64,000 nucleotides of DNA from Schizochytrium sp. TIO01 (GCA_004764695.1 SMSO01000025.1:2604001-2668000), one strand, 5' to 3'; shown: positions 25,601-37,500, counted from the stretch's first letter. Numbers and translations: made by a program. Notes: a model not told the origin generated them from the sequence alone.

Positions 25601-26401
25601 AACAACTACGGTTGTTCCTTGCAATTTCAGTCGTTCTAGATTTACAAAGCAATATTCTAGCATGCGCGGAATGAGACCGCGAGAGCCATCGGCTCCTTGC
25701 ATGGTGAATGTTTTGCCACTGCCGGTTTGACCATAGGCAAAGATGGATGCGTTGTAACCCTTGAGAGCACTATCCGCAATGGGACGGCCGGCATCGCGGA
25801 AAACATCATCTTGGGTTTCGGCACCCTGGAAAACACGGTCGAAGGTGAACATTTGGCCTCCCTTACCTCCAACTTGAATGGTTGCACGCTTGCGACGAGC
25901 AACATGTTGATCGCTGCTATCACCGTAATCACTCTTTTCCTCTAAAAGTTCTTCATTGGTGTCACTTTCAGGTTTTTCCAAGACGTCGATACAGGTTTCG
26001 GGCTCCTCGGATGGGCGCACGCGAACCATGACGCAGACACTAGGTGCCTCGCCACGGCCTTGCTTGCGAGAACTTCCGACGGAGCTCACGCTGCTTGCTC
26101 TTCGCAAAGATGCCATACGATCAAGCTTCCACGCTTGGCTCAACCCTGACGGAGTTCCTTTCGTTGATGATGTAGAAGACCTCGGATTCCATGTTTTGTA
26201 CTTGGGCGGAGTCTTGTACTTTCCTGCAGACCGTGGCCCTTTGCTGCCTGACGCCGTGGAGCTTATCGATCCTCGGGATACGCCGCGTGGGCCTTTTTTG
26301 GAGTCATGACCCGTAGAAGTAATGCTGCTTCGGCTCACGCTGCCACAAGCTCCCCCGCTGCTACTCAAGGTGGTGACCACCGACAACGGAGATGCCACCA
26401 T
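22625..26401 (-). CDS. Kinesin motor protein, probably kinesin-12 (KIF15-like), with coiled-coil stalk
   Basis: P-loop FAYGQTGSGKTFTM, switch I NRESSRSH, switch II LVDLAGSERQ, HINKSLSALGNVI and HVPHRDSVLTYLLRDSLGGN. First ATG at 26401. The subfamily call is less certain than the family call. Confidence 0.93.
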   Translation of the reverse strand: MVASPLSVVTTLSSSGGACGSVSRSSITSTGHDSKKGPRGVSRGSISSTASGSKGPRSAGKYKTPPKYKTWNPRSSTSSTKGTPSGLSQAWKLDRMASLRRASSVSSVGSSRKQGRGEAPSVCVMVRVRPSEEPETCIDVLEKPESDTNEELLEEKSDYGDSSDQHVARRKRATIQVGGKGGQMFTFDRVFQGAETQDDVFRDAGRPIADSALKGYNASIFAYGQTGSGKTFTMQGADGSRGLIPRMLEYCFVNLERLKLQGTTVVVHCSYLEIYNENVYDLLDFETHANMGQPGFVLPSKNVREDTRRGVFVEGAVEESLGSVQDAFALLKRGADLRHVGATNMNRESSRSHSIFTLSMEIKSPAEDASSALEITRTSRINLVDLAGSERQRLTKATGNRLNEAKHINKSLSALGNVISALVERGKGRVFHVPHRDSVLTYLLRDSLGGNTKTSIIATISPDATNFQDTLSTLQFGQRAKRIKNSVKANTSISSDVSVLQREVRRLREELGRAKQPMEGENQVDSLENSALTAAEAIEKKQQENRESLSENADFQRIEAYVLKNGGLTEAIGSTAHQILRQRIAHLEEVLLHVLKELGGSREKIRHLSSEMREHHENEQVLRDDVEAKKLLLQLLEQKLKAAELADSTWFEQNEAILTECRDTSNELSLQAQIAQLKIQNASYATMFKSRAMSDENDSFEHRLSSVQMQLEAVLDDKKGLESIVKRLDKENKKLVSELENERQREEEEKDSFDCPDVYRPLGSLSSDQDLVAALEEELKQAISRADKLEQELFLEMERKAEGDAERERIKRVLDSMRVKSSGNRRASTGNFVPATFSGQTSPNAVSRAMVKVAAEAHRSARELKNVAVDIRDDQPQMTAENLVRQRLLTQLNDARKQLKEAEKNNRRLSVQLERQATSARKAKLNLRKSLSERDTNLGNEQQRLVESESKFQMLQEQHERLMCTNKELKEAVEMANSFADYKSKQLDKVMGEMETLRRRLTAQYNPGNDFASSILRASSGSVMTKQSRDSFQTVRLSTFENDDTATHHGTPRQSSISALGFTPRSSMSDVESFNPATTLRNSFTPEQPPKNNKYQLNTTKMRENLPSTSNDDSSTRANAPNLCASPKKSVAAFFPVSESSSAAAAAAATPVAPPKTDGKQKPTSNSGKGSSSKFSSSKHHGHSRRSSGLLTPRSLRERMRASYASNENDRIHSNVKSTPESGSKKPSGLSVQHNTGSGSTSGSPFRLSQFLRFSSSR

Positions 26402-28432
26402 CACGCAGTCAGCATTACCACGCCAGCAACAGTTCAATGGTGATGGCGATTTGATTAATCGTTGATCGATAGTTTAGTTGTTTATTTTGCCAACGCAGTC
26501 GATATAATAGAATAGTTTATGGTCAATGCGTCATTGTCATCCTCGTTAGTGAAATGTCATAATCCCAGACCCAAACACCAACCGCTCACACGAAGCTTTG
26601 CTACTCCGATCGCTAGGAGTCCAATCGAGCCCAGTCAGAGCAAAAGAGCCTCACCAGCGGGCGTTTTACTCTCCATGGTTGCTCTTGTCGGCACTGATTA
26701 CGCGCCGTTTCTGCCCTATAACTTACATTCCTGACCGAGCACTCACTGGTGTTAGCGGAGGTCTTTCCATCTTGCCAGTTCGGAGCCGGCCTCTAAGTGT
26801 GGCTAGCCCTCTAGCCTCAAGACTCTCGCAAGAGCGCCCAGCCCTCGAACCTTCAAAATTGAGGCGTGTCTCTTCTCTTCTGTTTGATCAAATCAAGTTC
26901 TGGGCTCCCAAATTGCTTGTGCCTTAGGTATTGGAATGCAATGCAGAGGAATATTACTTAACGCAATTCAACGCAACGTAAATGTGCGCAACGCAATTTG
27001 GCGAAACTAACAACTCGAAGATATGTGATCGGAGGGCATCAAACTAGAACGTTCTAGAACGACTATTATTTGGGAAGGAGAACATCGCTGTGATGGTCTA
27101 TTCCTTACAATCCTTTGACTTGCAATTCAGAAGTATCACCCATAACCAAGGTAGTATTGCTCTGTTTGCAGACACTAAATATCTGCGGCTGTCACTTCAT
27201 TTTCAATTCATGATGTGGTCACGAAAGCCTTATTTCTTTCCTTAGCGTAGATGGTGTATCGATCCATATGTACTTCTAGTGACGTCAAGCTTTGAAAAGC
27301 AATATATATAGCAAGCCTTTCAACAAGTATCTTGCGCAAGTCCTTTAGTCTGACAGCATCATATATCGAGTCCACCTTCGTTATTGCTCCAGATTCCGCG
27401 CAAGGCGATGGCACATAATTTACGACTTTTCTATTTACTTGATTCTTCTAACTATTCAAACAAGCACCTTGCCAGAATTTGTTGACTCTGTCTCAGGTGC
27501 AGCAGCTTCTTTGGTTCAAACATGTACAGTAGACCAGATACAGTGTATAATTTAGTTTTAAGGTGATGAATATCTATAGAGACCAAGGTGTTTAATATTT
27601 AACGTTTGCTCTTGAGGTCATTTACGATGCTGAGAACTTTAAGACATAGTTTCATACTCGATGGGAGACTTTTGGTTAAAACTTCCGCCTCAGTAGGTAC
27701 TGGTAAACTCCCACTGTACAATGGCAATTTTCTGAGAAGTGGGTTCAGGTTATTTTGACTTTAAGTTTCCATACATTATATTTCTTATCCCAATAGGATA
27801 TTTTGGGACTACTTAGTGCGTCAACTGTCAAAGAACAGCATGCTCTGGAGATGACATCTGCAGCTGCATCATCTTAAAATCATTCTTTCTAACCTTCTGG
27901 TAGCTGAATGAATAACGTTCACGTCGTTTGCTTGAGAGCCAACTTGCTTATTATCGATTGTAATGTATGCGTTTGGACTAGCAGGCAAACTTCTTATTTT
28001 GCTGTAAGCGCGCTTTCTAAAATGTACATGTAGTCTATGTTTGAGTTCTTGAAGTTTTTGGGCTAGCTCGTATCACACAAATGCGGACTGCTCTAAATCT
28101 GAAAGTCTTCTCTTGCGCATCGCAATTTTCCTATATGAGGTACCTAAGGCGTTTGTTTCTGATCCCATTTATTCCACTGCTCAATTGATATCGCTATTGC
28201 GCTGATAAAATTACTTCAGTTGCAGATAATTTGTTCTACTTTAGATTAGGTCATAATAAATAGAGTTGATGAATAAAGTCAATATTATTTTATAAAATAG
28301 CACTGATTCATTTGTTCAAAGAAACAATTTTTAAAAATATAAAGAAAAAAAAAATAATGAAGTGCTTTGCGATCTTCGTAGTGACCTTTCGCCAGATCGC
28401 TACTGCAGAGGCGCCTGTCAGGACCTGTGACC

Positions 28433-31400
28433 ATGGCGAGCGCTCAAGAGGCTCGCGCGGAGGCGCTTTCCTCTGCCGCATCGCTTTTTGTTATCCATGG
28501 TGCTCTTGACGACGGTCTCCGCGGCGAGGAGGACCATCTTGACCGTGCCCCTGGCGAAGATAATCTTCAACAATATGAACAACAACAACAGCAGCAAAAA
28601 CAACAGCGAAAACAACTCCGAGACACAGATTCCTCCAGCTCCTCAAACAGAACTAAGAAGGCACCCGAGTCTGTGGGAGACGGCACACCGCAAGGCGCAC
28701 CTGAGGAGTCCGAAAACAGAGAAAATCGGCACAATGTGGGCGTTAGGAGATGGACAGAGTGTCTCGGACCCGAGAATGTCTACTTGTTGCCGCGAGAAGT
28801 ATCTGGCATCCCAAGAGCCTCTATTTGTGTGCATGACCCTGATGGCATGTGGCCCTTGATCGAGTCGGAGTTTCTACGAAGAATACAACGCGTGGAATAT
28901 CAGTGGGGCGGACGGGTCTTGCGGAAACTTCAGGTAGAAATCATCAATCCGCAACATCGTTATCTCTCATACCACGCCTCCTCACCGTTAGACTCTTTCA
29001 AAATACCTTATTTGCACATTTACCTGCTCAAATGCGATAGCTTAGAAGAGTACAAGGCTGCTATCCGTCAGAGGCTTTGTGCTTGGGTGAACGAGCGAAA
29101 GCATTCAGCAAACGGGTTAGGGAAGACAGAATTTCTTGTTGTCTACGTACCTCGGCTTTACCATGTGGCTGACGCTGACAAGGTGAATACAATAACAAAA
29201 AAGCTATTGGAAAAAATTCGATTAGATGTCAACGAGGGAAAAGAAGAGCACTGTGCTCGTATTTCATTGTTTCAGAACGACTATATGCACAATTCAGGTG
29301 ACCGTGATACTAGTTCTGAGGCCGTAGCTTCAGGCGACGGCGAATGGGTAGAAATGATGAGCTTAGTGTTTCGTAGCATCACGTCAGCATTTGAGCTCCG
29401 CTGTCGGAAGCTTGAGGATATGGTACTAAAGTTAGAGCATCAAGTTGATGTACCTGGATGGAATTACTGTACATATCTTATTGTGAAAGAGAACCTTGCT
29501 CTCTGCTGGCTGCAGATTGGACAACCTTTTGATGCTTTGCGGATACTCGATAGTCTAGCGATGCATTTTGACAATATTGTAGAGGGTGACGTGGAGCCCA
29601 AACGCTCAACAAATAACCTCCGTATTGATCTGTATCGTGTGCAAAGCCTTCGATTGCGCCTCCTGGGGCGGCATGTCGGAGCGCCAACTAGTAATGCGCT
29701 CTCTGAGAAGGAAGTTAAAAGTATGCTGTCTCTGGAATCCAAGCCTTCATCTTCTTCAGTGGGGGAGACTTCAGGTCCGAAAGCAGAAAGAGGTGACAAT
29801 GTACTCGGCACGGAAGGTGCTACGCAGCTGATGAATCAAAGTAAGGTCGTGGCTGCCCGGCTGGCCCGGAGGCTTGCTTGCTCTCTCTCGTTTGGTTCGA
29901 GCGGTACAGGCAAAGTTGTTAACCGTAAACGCCGAACTGAATCAACAACTGAACGGCGGTATTATCAAGAACCTACTTCTGCAGACTCTCGGGAATCTAG
30001 TGGATCTGTCGATACGGTCAAATCCTCACGTGTCTCAGAAGCTACACAGCATCCTATCACGCCCCAAGAGAGCACACGAAAGCTCCCAGCAGCGCCCCAA
30101 AGTGCTAAAACAGCTGCGTCAGAGGAATTCGATGATGATGGTTTCGTATCAGCGCCGCTTGTTTCACGCTCGAATTCTTCTCATAGCTTGCATCGTGTGC
30201 CGAGCGTGCAAACGTCGCTTTCCTCAAAGTCCCTACCGCCAATTCCTTGCCATGTTCTCGACCCTCATCGAAAAGCTTACCGAGAGCAGATTTATAAAAG
30301 TGCTGTATCTATCTTAGAGGTTCGGCTTTACCTCTTTATGCGTTCAACACTTCTTCTCTTAGCTGTTAACCGAGCTGACGAAGCCCTTCGTCGTGGTCTT
30401 CACTTCATCTCCCTTTTCATGCGCGATCTCCTTCAAGCTAGCGAGAAGTGGGACTCTGATACTGAGGACCACGGTGATTCAGAGCAACCAGACCGACGCG
30501 AAGGCCGAGCAATTGCCTTGAGTTGGTCTATTATTGCCTGCCTTGAGCTGGTTGCAGCAGGTCATGCTGCACGTGCGGGACCTCAAAACCCAGACGTGTC
30601 TCCAGATGTTTTTCTGTACCAGAGCGAACTAATTGCATTTGCAACATCCTGTTACGAAGAACTTATTGCTGAGGTTCACGGCGGGCCAGTCCCTACCTCT
30701 TTACCAGAGCAATCTTCCCTGTCTAGTAGGGTGTGGAATAAGTTCTCATGGGTGCAACAAATGCCGAAGTATCTGGCAGCTCCAACCGCGCAGGTTAACA
30801 CCTCGTCATCTTCAAAGCTTCTGACTTGGCTTCCTTTAGGTCTCAATTATGCTTTGAACAATCAAAAGGTGGGTATCGAGTTTTATTCTCATCTATCTGA
30901 GTGCCGTGCATCGTACTTACGTTTGGCTGGTCGCTATCGAAGTGCATTCAGAATTGATTTCCGCAATGCATCCTTATGGGTTTCACACAACAGGCCTCGC
31001 GATGCACGGGATACGATCAATCGCATCGAACAAGATGAGATTAGTGCTACAATCATCCGCCCGTCACCCCAACTTCGTGCTGAATATGGGCTGTTGAATA
31101 CTCAAGTGAAGGCTATGAGCTTACAAACCGAGGCTGCCATAAGACAAGCTCTGCAAGTAGTTAGCATGCTCGATGCTCAACATTCTCAGCGCCAGGCAGC
31201 TTTGGAGCTGGCCTTAGCGAATGTTGGCAAACTTCGTAATGAACTTCGTCTTCCTGGCGGTGAGTATTCTCTTTTACGCTGGAGAGAAACCCTGCCTGCA
31301 GATATTATCGAGAACCTTGAAAATGACAATGGTGTGGATGGTGGAGAAACAACAAACTCTACTGGAAACCTTATGCTGTCTCGTCGTTGTGGGGAGGTTC

Positions 31401-33565
31401 TTAGCCTTCGCCTCTCTGTGAATAGTCTTTTACCTGAAGATGTTGAGTTTACCCGAGTTTATGTTCGCACAAAGCGACTCCCTCCTCGTGCGAACTTACG
31501 CGTACAAATCCCAGTAAGCTCAGGTGAGGCTTTGCACGACTTAGTTCGTCACCGCTCTTCAGACCATCCAGTATTGCCTCTAACCCCACTTGAGGCGAAG
31601 CCACCAACTGAAGCAGCCTCTGGGAAGCAACATACCAGAAAAACGCAATCACCATCTGGAACTGATTCAGAGATGACAGCAACTCCTGATCCTGATCTCA
31701 CAGAAGATGATGAAGATCCGTGGCGTGAACATGAAGTTGAGAACTTAATCAAACCTTCTTTGGTGAATAGTGAAGAAAAGATAGCTACACTTTATGATGG
31801 CCCACCCACTGCGGAGTTTAGTCCACCTCTCCGTGTCAACCCTGCAGCGTTGCGTCGGGTGAGTATTAGTAGCCGCAAGAGTATTTCCGAGCGATCCCCT
31901 CCTGCTCACAATAACTCAAGCCGCATTCACTACTTCGAAGCTGATGTTGTCCGTATTGCTCCCGGCAAACAAGACGTTGTCGTTGTAGCACCTCCATCTG
32001 ATCAAAATGGCCATATGATGGCCCCAGGTTTATATGAACTTGACCGTGTTGTTTTTCAGAAAGATCAGCTTCGTTTGGTATACCCAATCAAATACCAGCA
32101 CCGACAGTTTCGCATCGAGCTTACTTCAATGCCTCCTCTATTTACTGTCGAAGTCGTGCGTCCGGTTGGCAGTTTTTTAGCACTTGACGATGTCGTGAAC
32201 AAAGAAGTCGAGGTAGAGCTGAGATTGCGCAAGTCTGACTTTGCTCGATACCCGAAGTTGGCTGGTGTTCATGCAAAACTTGATTTGGATAGTGCTCAAC
32301 CTAAGAGGCTACCACTTTTGATTGAAAAGGACAGCGTGGGCAATGGACTCAAACTCGAAGCTTCAGAATTGGACAAAGGAATCCTTTCAGAAACTGGGGC
32401 TAATGAGAAGACAATCAAGTTTCTGCTGAAGCTGAATTCTAGTCATTCGAAGGAAGTTGATTGTTTGCTGCAACCTAACAAGGCGGACGTCCAGATCCTA
32501 CGTCGCAAAGGATTTAAGGAGAATGATTCCTCTTTGATGTCATCATGGGATCTGAATGTTGATGTTCGTACCTTGTTGGACCAGGTTGATGTTAAAGGCG
32601 TTCATCACGAGGTGGCTCTGGATCAAACAGAGAAGGTGACAATTAAGTATGGGGCACCATTCGAAATTTCTCAGTTTGTTCAATTCCGAGCTGGCCGTGT
32701 GTGGGTTCAATTTACTCTGCGAAGTAACCTGCCGTATACCGTGACCTTGAACGATGCCAAGCTTATGCTTGAAAACGATGAGTTCAAACTTCTGGAACGT
32801 ACCAGTAGCCGGAAAGCATGCGACGAACTTGCTCCAGGTCACGAGGTATATTTAACATTTTCATCTGAAGCCTTCCCACAAGTCGAACCCGCTGAAGTGC
32901 ATCTGCTCACATTTTCCACCAACTATTCTCCCCAGCACCAGAAGATAACAAGTGAAGGTTTCTTCGAACGGACAGTAGCAATCAGGCAAGAAATTGACCG
33001 TCGATGCCTTTCTATAAAGTCCTTATGCACCAATACTGAGGTTGTACATCTTGGGTCAACCGCGACCTTTGTGTATCACATGGACAAGCCTCAAGAGGAC
33101 AAGACTGTTCGTGTCGAAAGCGTTTTTGCTGAATCCACAGATCTGATCAATGTTTCTGCAAGTCCGTTACGAAAGCGACACTCAAGCCGCAGGCTTCTTA
33201 TGTCAACTCCTGGCGGTAGCGCGACAATTAGAACGGGCCGCAAGACGCTGAAGACATCTTCACCTTCAGCAATGTCTCCGACAGATACATCAATTCAGGA
33301 TGCCCCGTCTACTCCTGTTCTAGACAACACAGATGAGAGAGAGAATTCCTCACTTGAGGTTGAGTTTGTACTTGCCTTTGATCCGACATCTTGGATGATT
33401 GTGGGTACTGAACGAGGCCATGTAGATCTTACAAAGTCCAGTTTTGTCACATGTGAGTTCATTCCCCTTCAAGCTGGAGAACTGCCTTTTCCCGTTCTTG
33501 AAGTCCTCAACTTTGAGTCCAAGGAGTCTGGGCCGCGTTCGTTTGTTCGTGTGTCAGATGCATAG
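28433..33565 (+). CDS. TRAPPC10: TRAPP II complex subunit TRAPPC10/Trs130-like
   Basis: PYLHIYLLKCDSLEEYK, PGWNYCTYLIVKENLA and RLYLF.R N-terminal motifs, plus C-terminal W.IVG..RG and FIPLQAGELPFP. ~1710 aa. Confidence 0.88.
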   Translation: MASAQEARAEALSSAASLFVIHGALDDGLRGEEDHLDRAPGEDNLQQYEQQQQQQKQQRKQLRDTDSSSSSNRTKKAPESVGDGTPQGAPEESENRENRHNVGVRRWTECLGPENVYLLPREVSGIPRASICVHDPDGMWPLIESEFLRRIQRVEYQWGGRVLRKLQVEIINPQHRYLSYHASSPLDSFKIPYLHIYLLKCDSLEEYKAAIRQRLCAWVNERKHSANGLGKTEFLVVYVPRLYHVADADKVNTITKKLLEKIRLDVNEGKEEHCARISLFQNDYMHNSGDRDTSSEAVASGDGEWVEMMSLVFRSITSAFELRCRKLEDMVLKLEHQVDVPGWNYCTYLIVKENLALCWLQIGQPFDALRILDSLAMHFDNIVEGDVEPKRSTNNLRIDLYRVQSLRLRLLGRHVGAPTSNALSEKEVKSMLSLESKPSSSSVGETSGPKAERGDNVLGTEGATQLMNQSKVVAARLARRLACSLSFGSSGTGKVVNRKRRTESTTERRYYQEPTSADSRESSGSVDTVKSSRVSEATQHPITPQESTRKLPAAPQSAKTAASEEFDDDGFVSAPLVSRSNSSHSLHRVPSVQTSLSSKSLPPIPCHVLDPHRKAYREQIYKSAVSILEVRLYLFMRSTLLLLAVNRADEALRRGLHFISLFMRDLLQASEKWDSDTEDHGDSEQPDRREGRAIALSWSIIACLELVAAGHAARAGPQNPDVSPDVFLYQSELIAFATSCYEELIAEVHGGPVPTSLPEQSSLSSRVWNKFSWVQQMPKYLAAPTAQVNTSSSSKLLTWLPLGLNYALNNQKVGIEFYSHLSECRASYLRLAGRYRSAFRIDFRNASLWVSHNRPRDARDTINRIEQDEISATIIRPSPQLRAEYGLLNTQVKAMSLQTEAAIRQALQVVSMLDAQHSQRQAALELALANVGKLRNELRLPGGEYSLLRWRETLPADIIENLENDNGVDGGETTNSTGNLMLSRRCGEVLSLRLSVNSLLPEDVEFTRVYVRTKRLPPRANLRVQIPVSSGEALHDLVRHRSSDHPVLPLTPLEAKPPTEAASGKQHTRKTQSPSGTDSEMTATPDPDLTEDDEDPWREHEVENLIKPSLVNSEEKIATLYDGPPTAEFSPPLRVNPAALRRVSISSRKSISERSPPAHNNSSRIHYFEADVVRIAPGKQDVVVVAPPSDQNGHMMAPGLYELDRVVFQKDQLRLVYPIKYQHRQFRIELTSMPPLFTVEVVRPVGSFLALDDVVNKEVEVELRLRKSDFARYPKLAGVHAKLDLDSAQPKRLPLLIEKDSVGNGLKLEASELDKGILSETGANEKTIKFLLKLNSSHSKEVDCLLQPNKADVQILRRKGFKENDSSLMSSWDLNVDVRTLLDQVDVKGVHHEVALDQTEKVTIKYGAPFEISQFVQFRAGRVWVQFTLRSNLPYTVTLNDAKLMLENDEFKLLERTSSRKACDELAPGHEVYLTFSSEAFPQVEPAEVHLLTFSTNYSPQHQKITSEGFFERTVAIRQEIDRRCLSIKSLCTNTEVVHLGSTATFVYHMDKPQEDKTVRVESVFAESTDLINVSASPLRKRHSSRRLLMSTPGGSATIRTGRKTLKTSSPSAMSPTDTSIQDAPSTPVLDNTDERENSSLEVEFVLAFDPTSWMIVGTERGHVDLTKSSFVTCEFIPLQAGELPFPVLEVLNFESKESGPRSFVRVSDA

Positions 33566-34024
33566 GTTTTACATTTTACCTCTGACTCATGGAATACTAG
33601 GGTAGAGGGACCTTGATTGATATTCATTGACAGGTCTCTAATTTGGTTCATGATTCATTTGTCTTTCTTAGTAAGCTAGTACTTATTTTCACTCTTTTTA
33701 AAAAAAAAAGTAATGCGCAAGAACCGCTTCGATTTATCGAGATAATGCGTTCAGATATGTATAATGCACAGCAAGTTGAAGAGAGACCAAAACAGATATA
33801 AAGTAAGATTTGTATTCCGCACAGAATGTTTGACAGTAATTTAGTCGTAGTAAGCTAGTACTATGTTGAAGTGTTTGTGAAAGCCTGGAGACCATGAATG
33901 CGCTTTCAATACTCTCATTGGTAGAAAAAACGAGCGGTCTGTTCTGCAGGTCTCGGCTCAATTGTTGTTTGTAACAAGGGCAAAGAGCTAACAAGCGTTG
34001 GCGAAGAGAACTCCATTTGCAACT

Positions 34025-34591
34025 TTACTGCTCCTTGGCAGCAGCATCCTTCTTGCTTTGAGAGGCACGCTCAAGGAGCCAGCTGGAACTCTGCACACGG
34101 GCACCGAGCGGCATGACAACCCGGATGCCAACTGTTCATGATTTTTAAAGCCTCATTAGAATGTTAGTTTTCACACATCATCGCCATACTTTTTGGTATT
34201 TTGTCTATTCTGAGACGAATGCATTTTAAGTAAACTTACGACGGTGGCAAGCCTCACGCTCTTCCTTCATGTACTCAGGGCCCTCATCAAGGCCAATGGC
34301 AAAGATATCGGGAGAAACAGCCTCGAGGCCACGAACAACACTCTCGTCATCATCCGGGGCCTCCATGGCAGCATCGACGACACGGAGGGCGCGGAGCATC
34401 TTAACGCGCTCGGCGCAAGGCATGAAAGCCTTGCCCTTCTTCATGGCAGCCTGCTTGTCGCTGTTGACAATAACCCAGAGAGTTCCCTCACCATCGCCCT
34501 CATTTGCGAGAGCCTTGGCTTTCTTGAGGTAGTCAATGTGACCGTGGTGAAGAGGGTCAAAGAACCCGGAGACGGCGACAACCTTGCCCAT
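34025..34591 (-). CDS. Single-domain cytidylyltransferase-like (HxGH) nucleotidyltransferase; complement(join(34025..34131,34240..34591)), 152 aa
   Basis: VVAVSGFFDPLHHGH, VIVNSD.QA..KKGKAFM..ER and PDIFA. Splicing adds LGIRVVMPLGARVQSSSWLL, which supplies the family's terminal SS(S/T) motif. Confidence 0.88.
34132..34239 (-). other. Spliceosomal intron (108 nt, phase 1)
   Basis: Minus-strand GTAAGT donor at 34239, ACTAAC branch point near 34165 and AACAG acceptor ending at 34132. Splicing restores the conserved C-terminus. Confidence 0.9.
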
Positions 34592-37500
34592 TTTGTCAAT
34601 TATACACGCTAACTAAAGTCTGAGAATCTGATCATGTTCGAGCAAACCCAACAGCAAGAATCAAGAGGTAAAGCCACATCATTCCGCAAGAAGTATGCAT
34701 TTAGAGCACACAAACGCATTGAAAACCAGTGTTGACACGTGTCACTCCGTCAGTCACTCTGCCACTTAGCCTCGCTGGCAACGCCACAGAACAGCTACAC
34801 CATGAAATCGCCCTCAAACACATCCTTCACATTACAGTAACACCCCTCAGGCCCGCAAAAGCCCTGCCAAACGCAGCTTGAACTCGCATCTCCGTCGCCG
34901 GTTCGACAGGGCAAAGATAACAAGCACACATATCTTCTACACAGATAGATAGATAGATAGATAAATAGATATGTAGCATATATTGAAAAGGAGAAGCCGA
35001 CTTGGCTCTTTGTTCAATTGTCTGCCGCCAGATCTCTTCGCTCACCCGTTCCCGCTACGCCACAGGTTGGCAAGTTGACCAGCCCCGGGGTACACGGCAT
35101 GGCGACTACTCAAGGTGCTTCCGCCGCTGCTTTGAACCGATCCTCGCACGAGGAGCCGAGGAGAGGAGACGTACCTGGATCGAGTCTTGTCAATTCTAGC
35201 TTTGCCTTAAACTTTGAACTGTTAGTTTGTTTGTTTTCTTTAGAGCTTTTATCTTATTTTTACATCAGCTCTGATAACAAATCATATGATGAGACAGCCC
35301 CAATTAAAAAAAAAAAAAAAAAAACTAAAAAAAAAAAACTTTTAAAAAACTCTGCTTCTGACTATGTTAAATCATTATCTGATGTTCTTTTAGATTGAAA
35401 TGTCCTGTTTTCAAAGCTGTTTTAATTAGAGTTCTTTAGATAGAAAGCAATCGGCTATTACTATGTTATTTTTACTGTTGTTGTTTTAATTTCATGAAAT
35501 AATAATTATAAATAAATTAATGAATTAAAAATAAAAAAGAATTAAAACGCTGGTATTACATAAATATATTCGCCACTGTCAATGCCTTTCTGCGCCAACC
35601 CGACCATCGCCATCGCGCTTGGCACCTCCCAGAGCCAGCATGAATGCAACGTGCGGCTGCGCTGCCCTTCCTCAGACTGCATGGCTGCCAGTGCTCCGCA
35701 AACCCAGGTGAAGACCTTGAAAACCCACCACCTCGAGGAATTCGACTTTCCGTCTCCGCGGGTCTTTCGCCTTCATTCCCAAGATGGGCGATAATGAATT
35801 TGTCTCATCGTGACATTGCACATTGCACAATTCGAGAACTGAGGAATCCGACACGCCGAGCCAAGTTCAAGTTCGCTCTGCCACAGAGAGCGCTCTGCAG
35901 ACAGACAGACAACCTTGGCAGCCAATCCGAAGACGTTGAGCGAGGCGGCGTGAATCTTATTACATGTCGCTGATCATCGTTGTGGTGGACAGCCTGGGCG
36001 GTAATATGTAGGCCGATTTGCCAGGATTTGGTACCTTCTTTGGACCAACTAACTCGCTGCCGTGGATGGGATGGAGCACGACCAAGAGCAGCGCCAAGAG
36101 CAACGCCAAGAGCAAGAGCAAGAGCGCGCCTGGGCTGAGCTGGAGGTGGATTTTCCGAGAAGAGGATGACAGTCGCCATTCGCCTCTCAAAGCAAATTGC
36201 CTGGAATTACATGCATTCTTGTGTACTTCTTCTACACTAGGTTGCGGGTGGGATGCTGGATTCACAGGCAGCCAGGCCGTCGAGACTTTGAAGACTTCAA
36301 CTTCTTCGTTGGAGGCGTCTGTCTCGGTGGCAACCTTTCAGGTTCATGTTGAATTATTAGCGATTGCCATCTGCAGCGTTTGACACTTGTGTCTTGAAGG
36401 CGACTGATGCGGAAACTTATGATTGGCGAATCTACACTACACTGAGTGCAAGACCTTGCTTAAGCTGTTTATGGTCGACGATTGGCGGGAGATGCAAGGA
36501 GATCATCAAGATGCGTGCATGCATGCATGCACATCGGAATGAATATCCATATGCGTATTCGAGGTTGCACCACAAGCTTTCCTGCACAGGATAACAGACT
36601 GAGATGAACTAGATACACCAGTCTAAGAAAACTGAATTACATAAATAAATTATATGAATCAATCGTTCGATGTCTTGTGTGCATACTACTAGCCCTCCTG
36701 GAAATGGCTTGATGATGCCTGCTGTCTCTAAGGCGGCTTCTCTTTAAATAAAACAAGGTACCCGCTTAGGGTGTCTAAATCCGAAGCGCATGTCATGATG
36801 ATGTTGGGAGGTTTTGCCATCGCTGTTCTCGGGTGTGCGCAATTAATTTGTTGTTCATATTGTTCCCGATGCAGTTTCAGGTTCTGGCACTGTAGCAGCA
36901 CGGAGAGCACACCATTCGCAGAAGGAGATAGCTACCTAGGTGCCCACAGATTTCATTTTCTCTACAGCAATATGCTTGAGCACTCTTTTGGCCCATGCTA
37001 GTCGTATACCTAGAGATAGTAACGGACACTCTTCATGAAATATCAGCGAGTACACAACCTCTAAAAGCATCGAGTCGGTTTCGTTCTAACTCATTGGACC
37101 CCTCGGGCTCTTTTTATACTATTACGCAACTAGGAGCCCAACCTTCAGCATCTTCTCAACTTTTGCCTCAACATCTAACGTGGATCGACTGCGCACATAC
37201 AACAGTGTCGCTGGAGGCGGCCGCAATGGTGATGAATGCCCAATCTTTCTCAACTTTCCTTTGTTATTATTTTTTTTGTAATTAATTAATTTTAATTTTA
37301 ATTTCTTTTAGGTCTAGAGGGTCGTAAAGGAATTTAGAGGGCCAAACGTGCTCCCTAGCCGCGGCGTGCAACGGCTTCGAAGGGTCCTTATGTAAATTAG
37401 CAGGGGCGTGTTAATAGTTATAGAAAGAAAAAAAGTGAAATGCATGGCACTATGAGAAATGGGACATTGGTGCATAGTCAACAAGCTGTGCCTGTCAGGT

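Noticed and set aside
26900-28300. Possible pseudogene or transposon relic between kinesin and TRAPPC10, and similarly at 63000-64000
   Set aside because: No terminal repeats, target-site duplications or recognisable transposase/RT motifs were found.
35580-37300. GC-richer block with short ORFs, including a Leu/Ala hydrophobic run (35960..36265)
   Set aside because: The hydrophobic run comes from a short AAGAGC-type repeat, the frames are broken, and there are no motifs.
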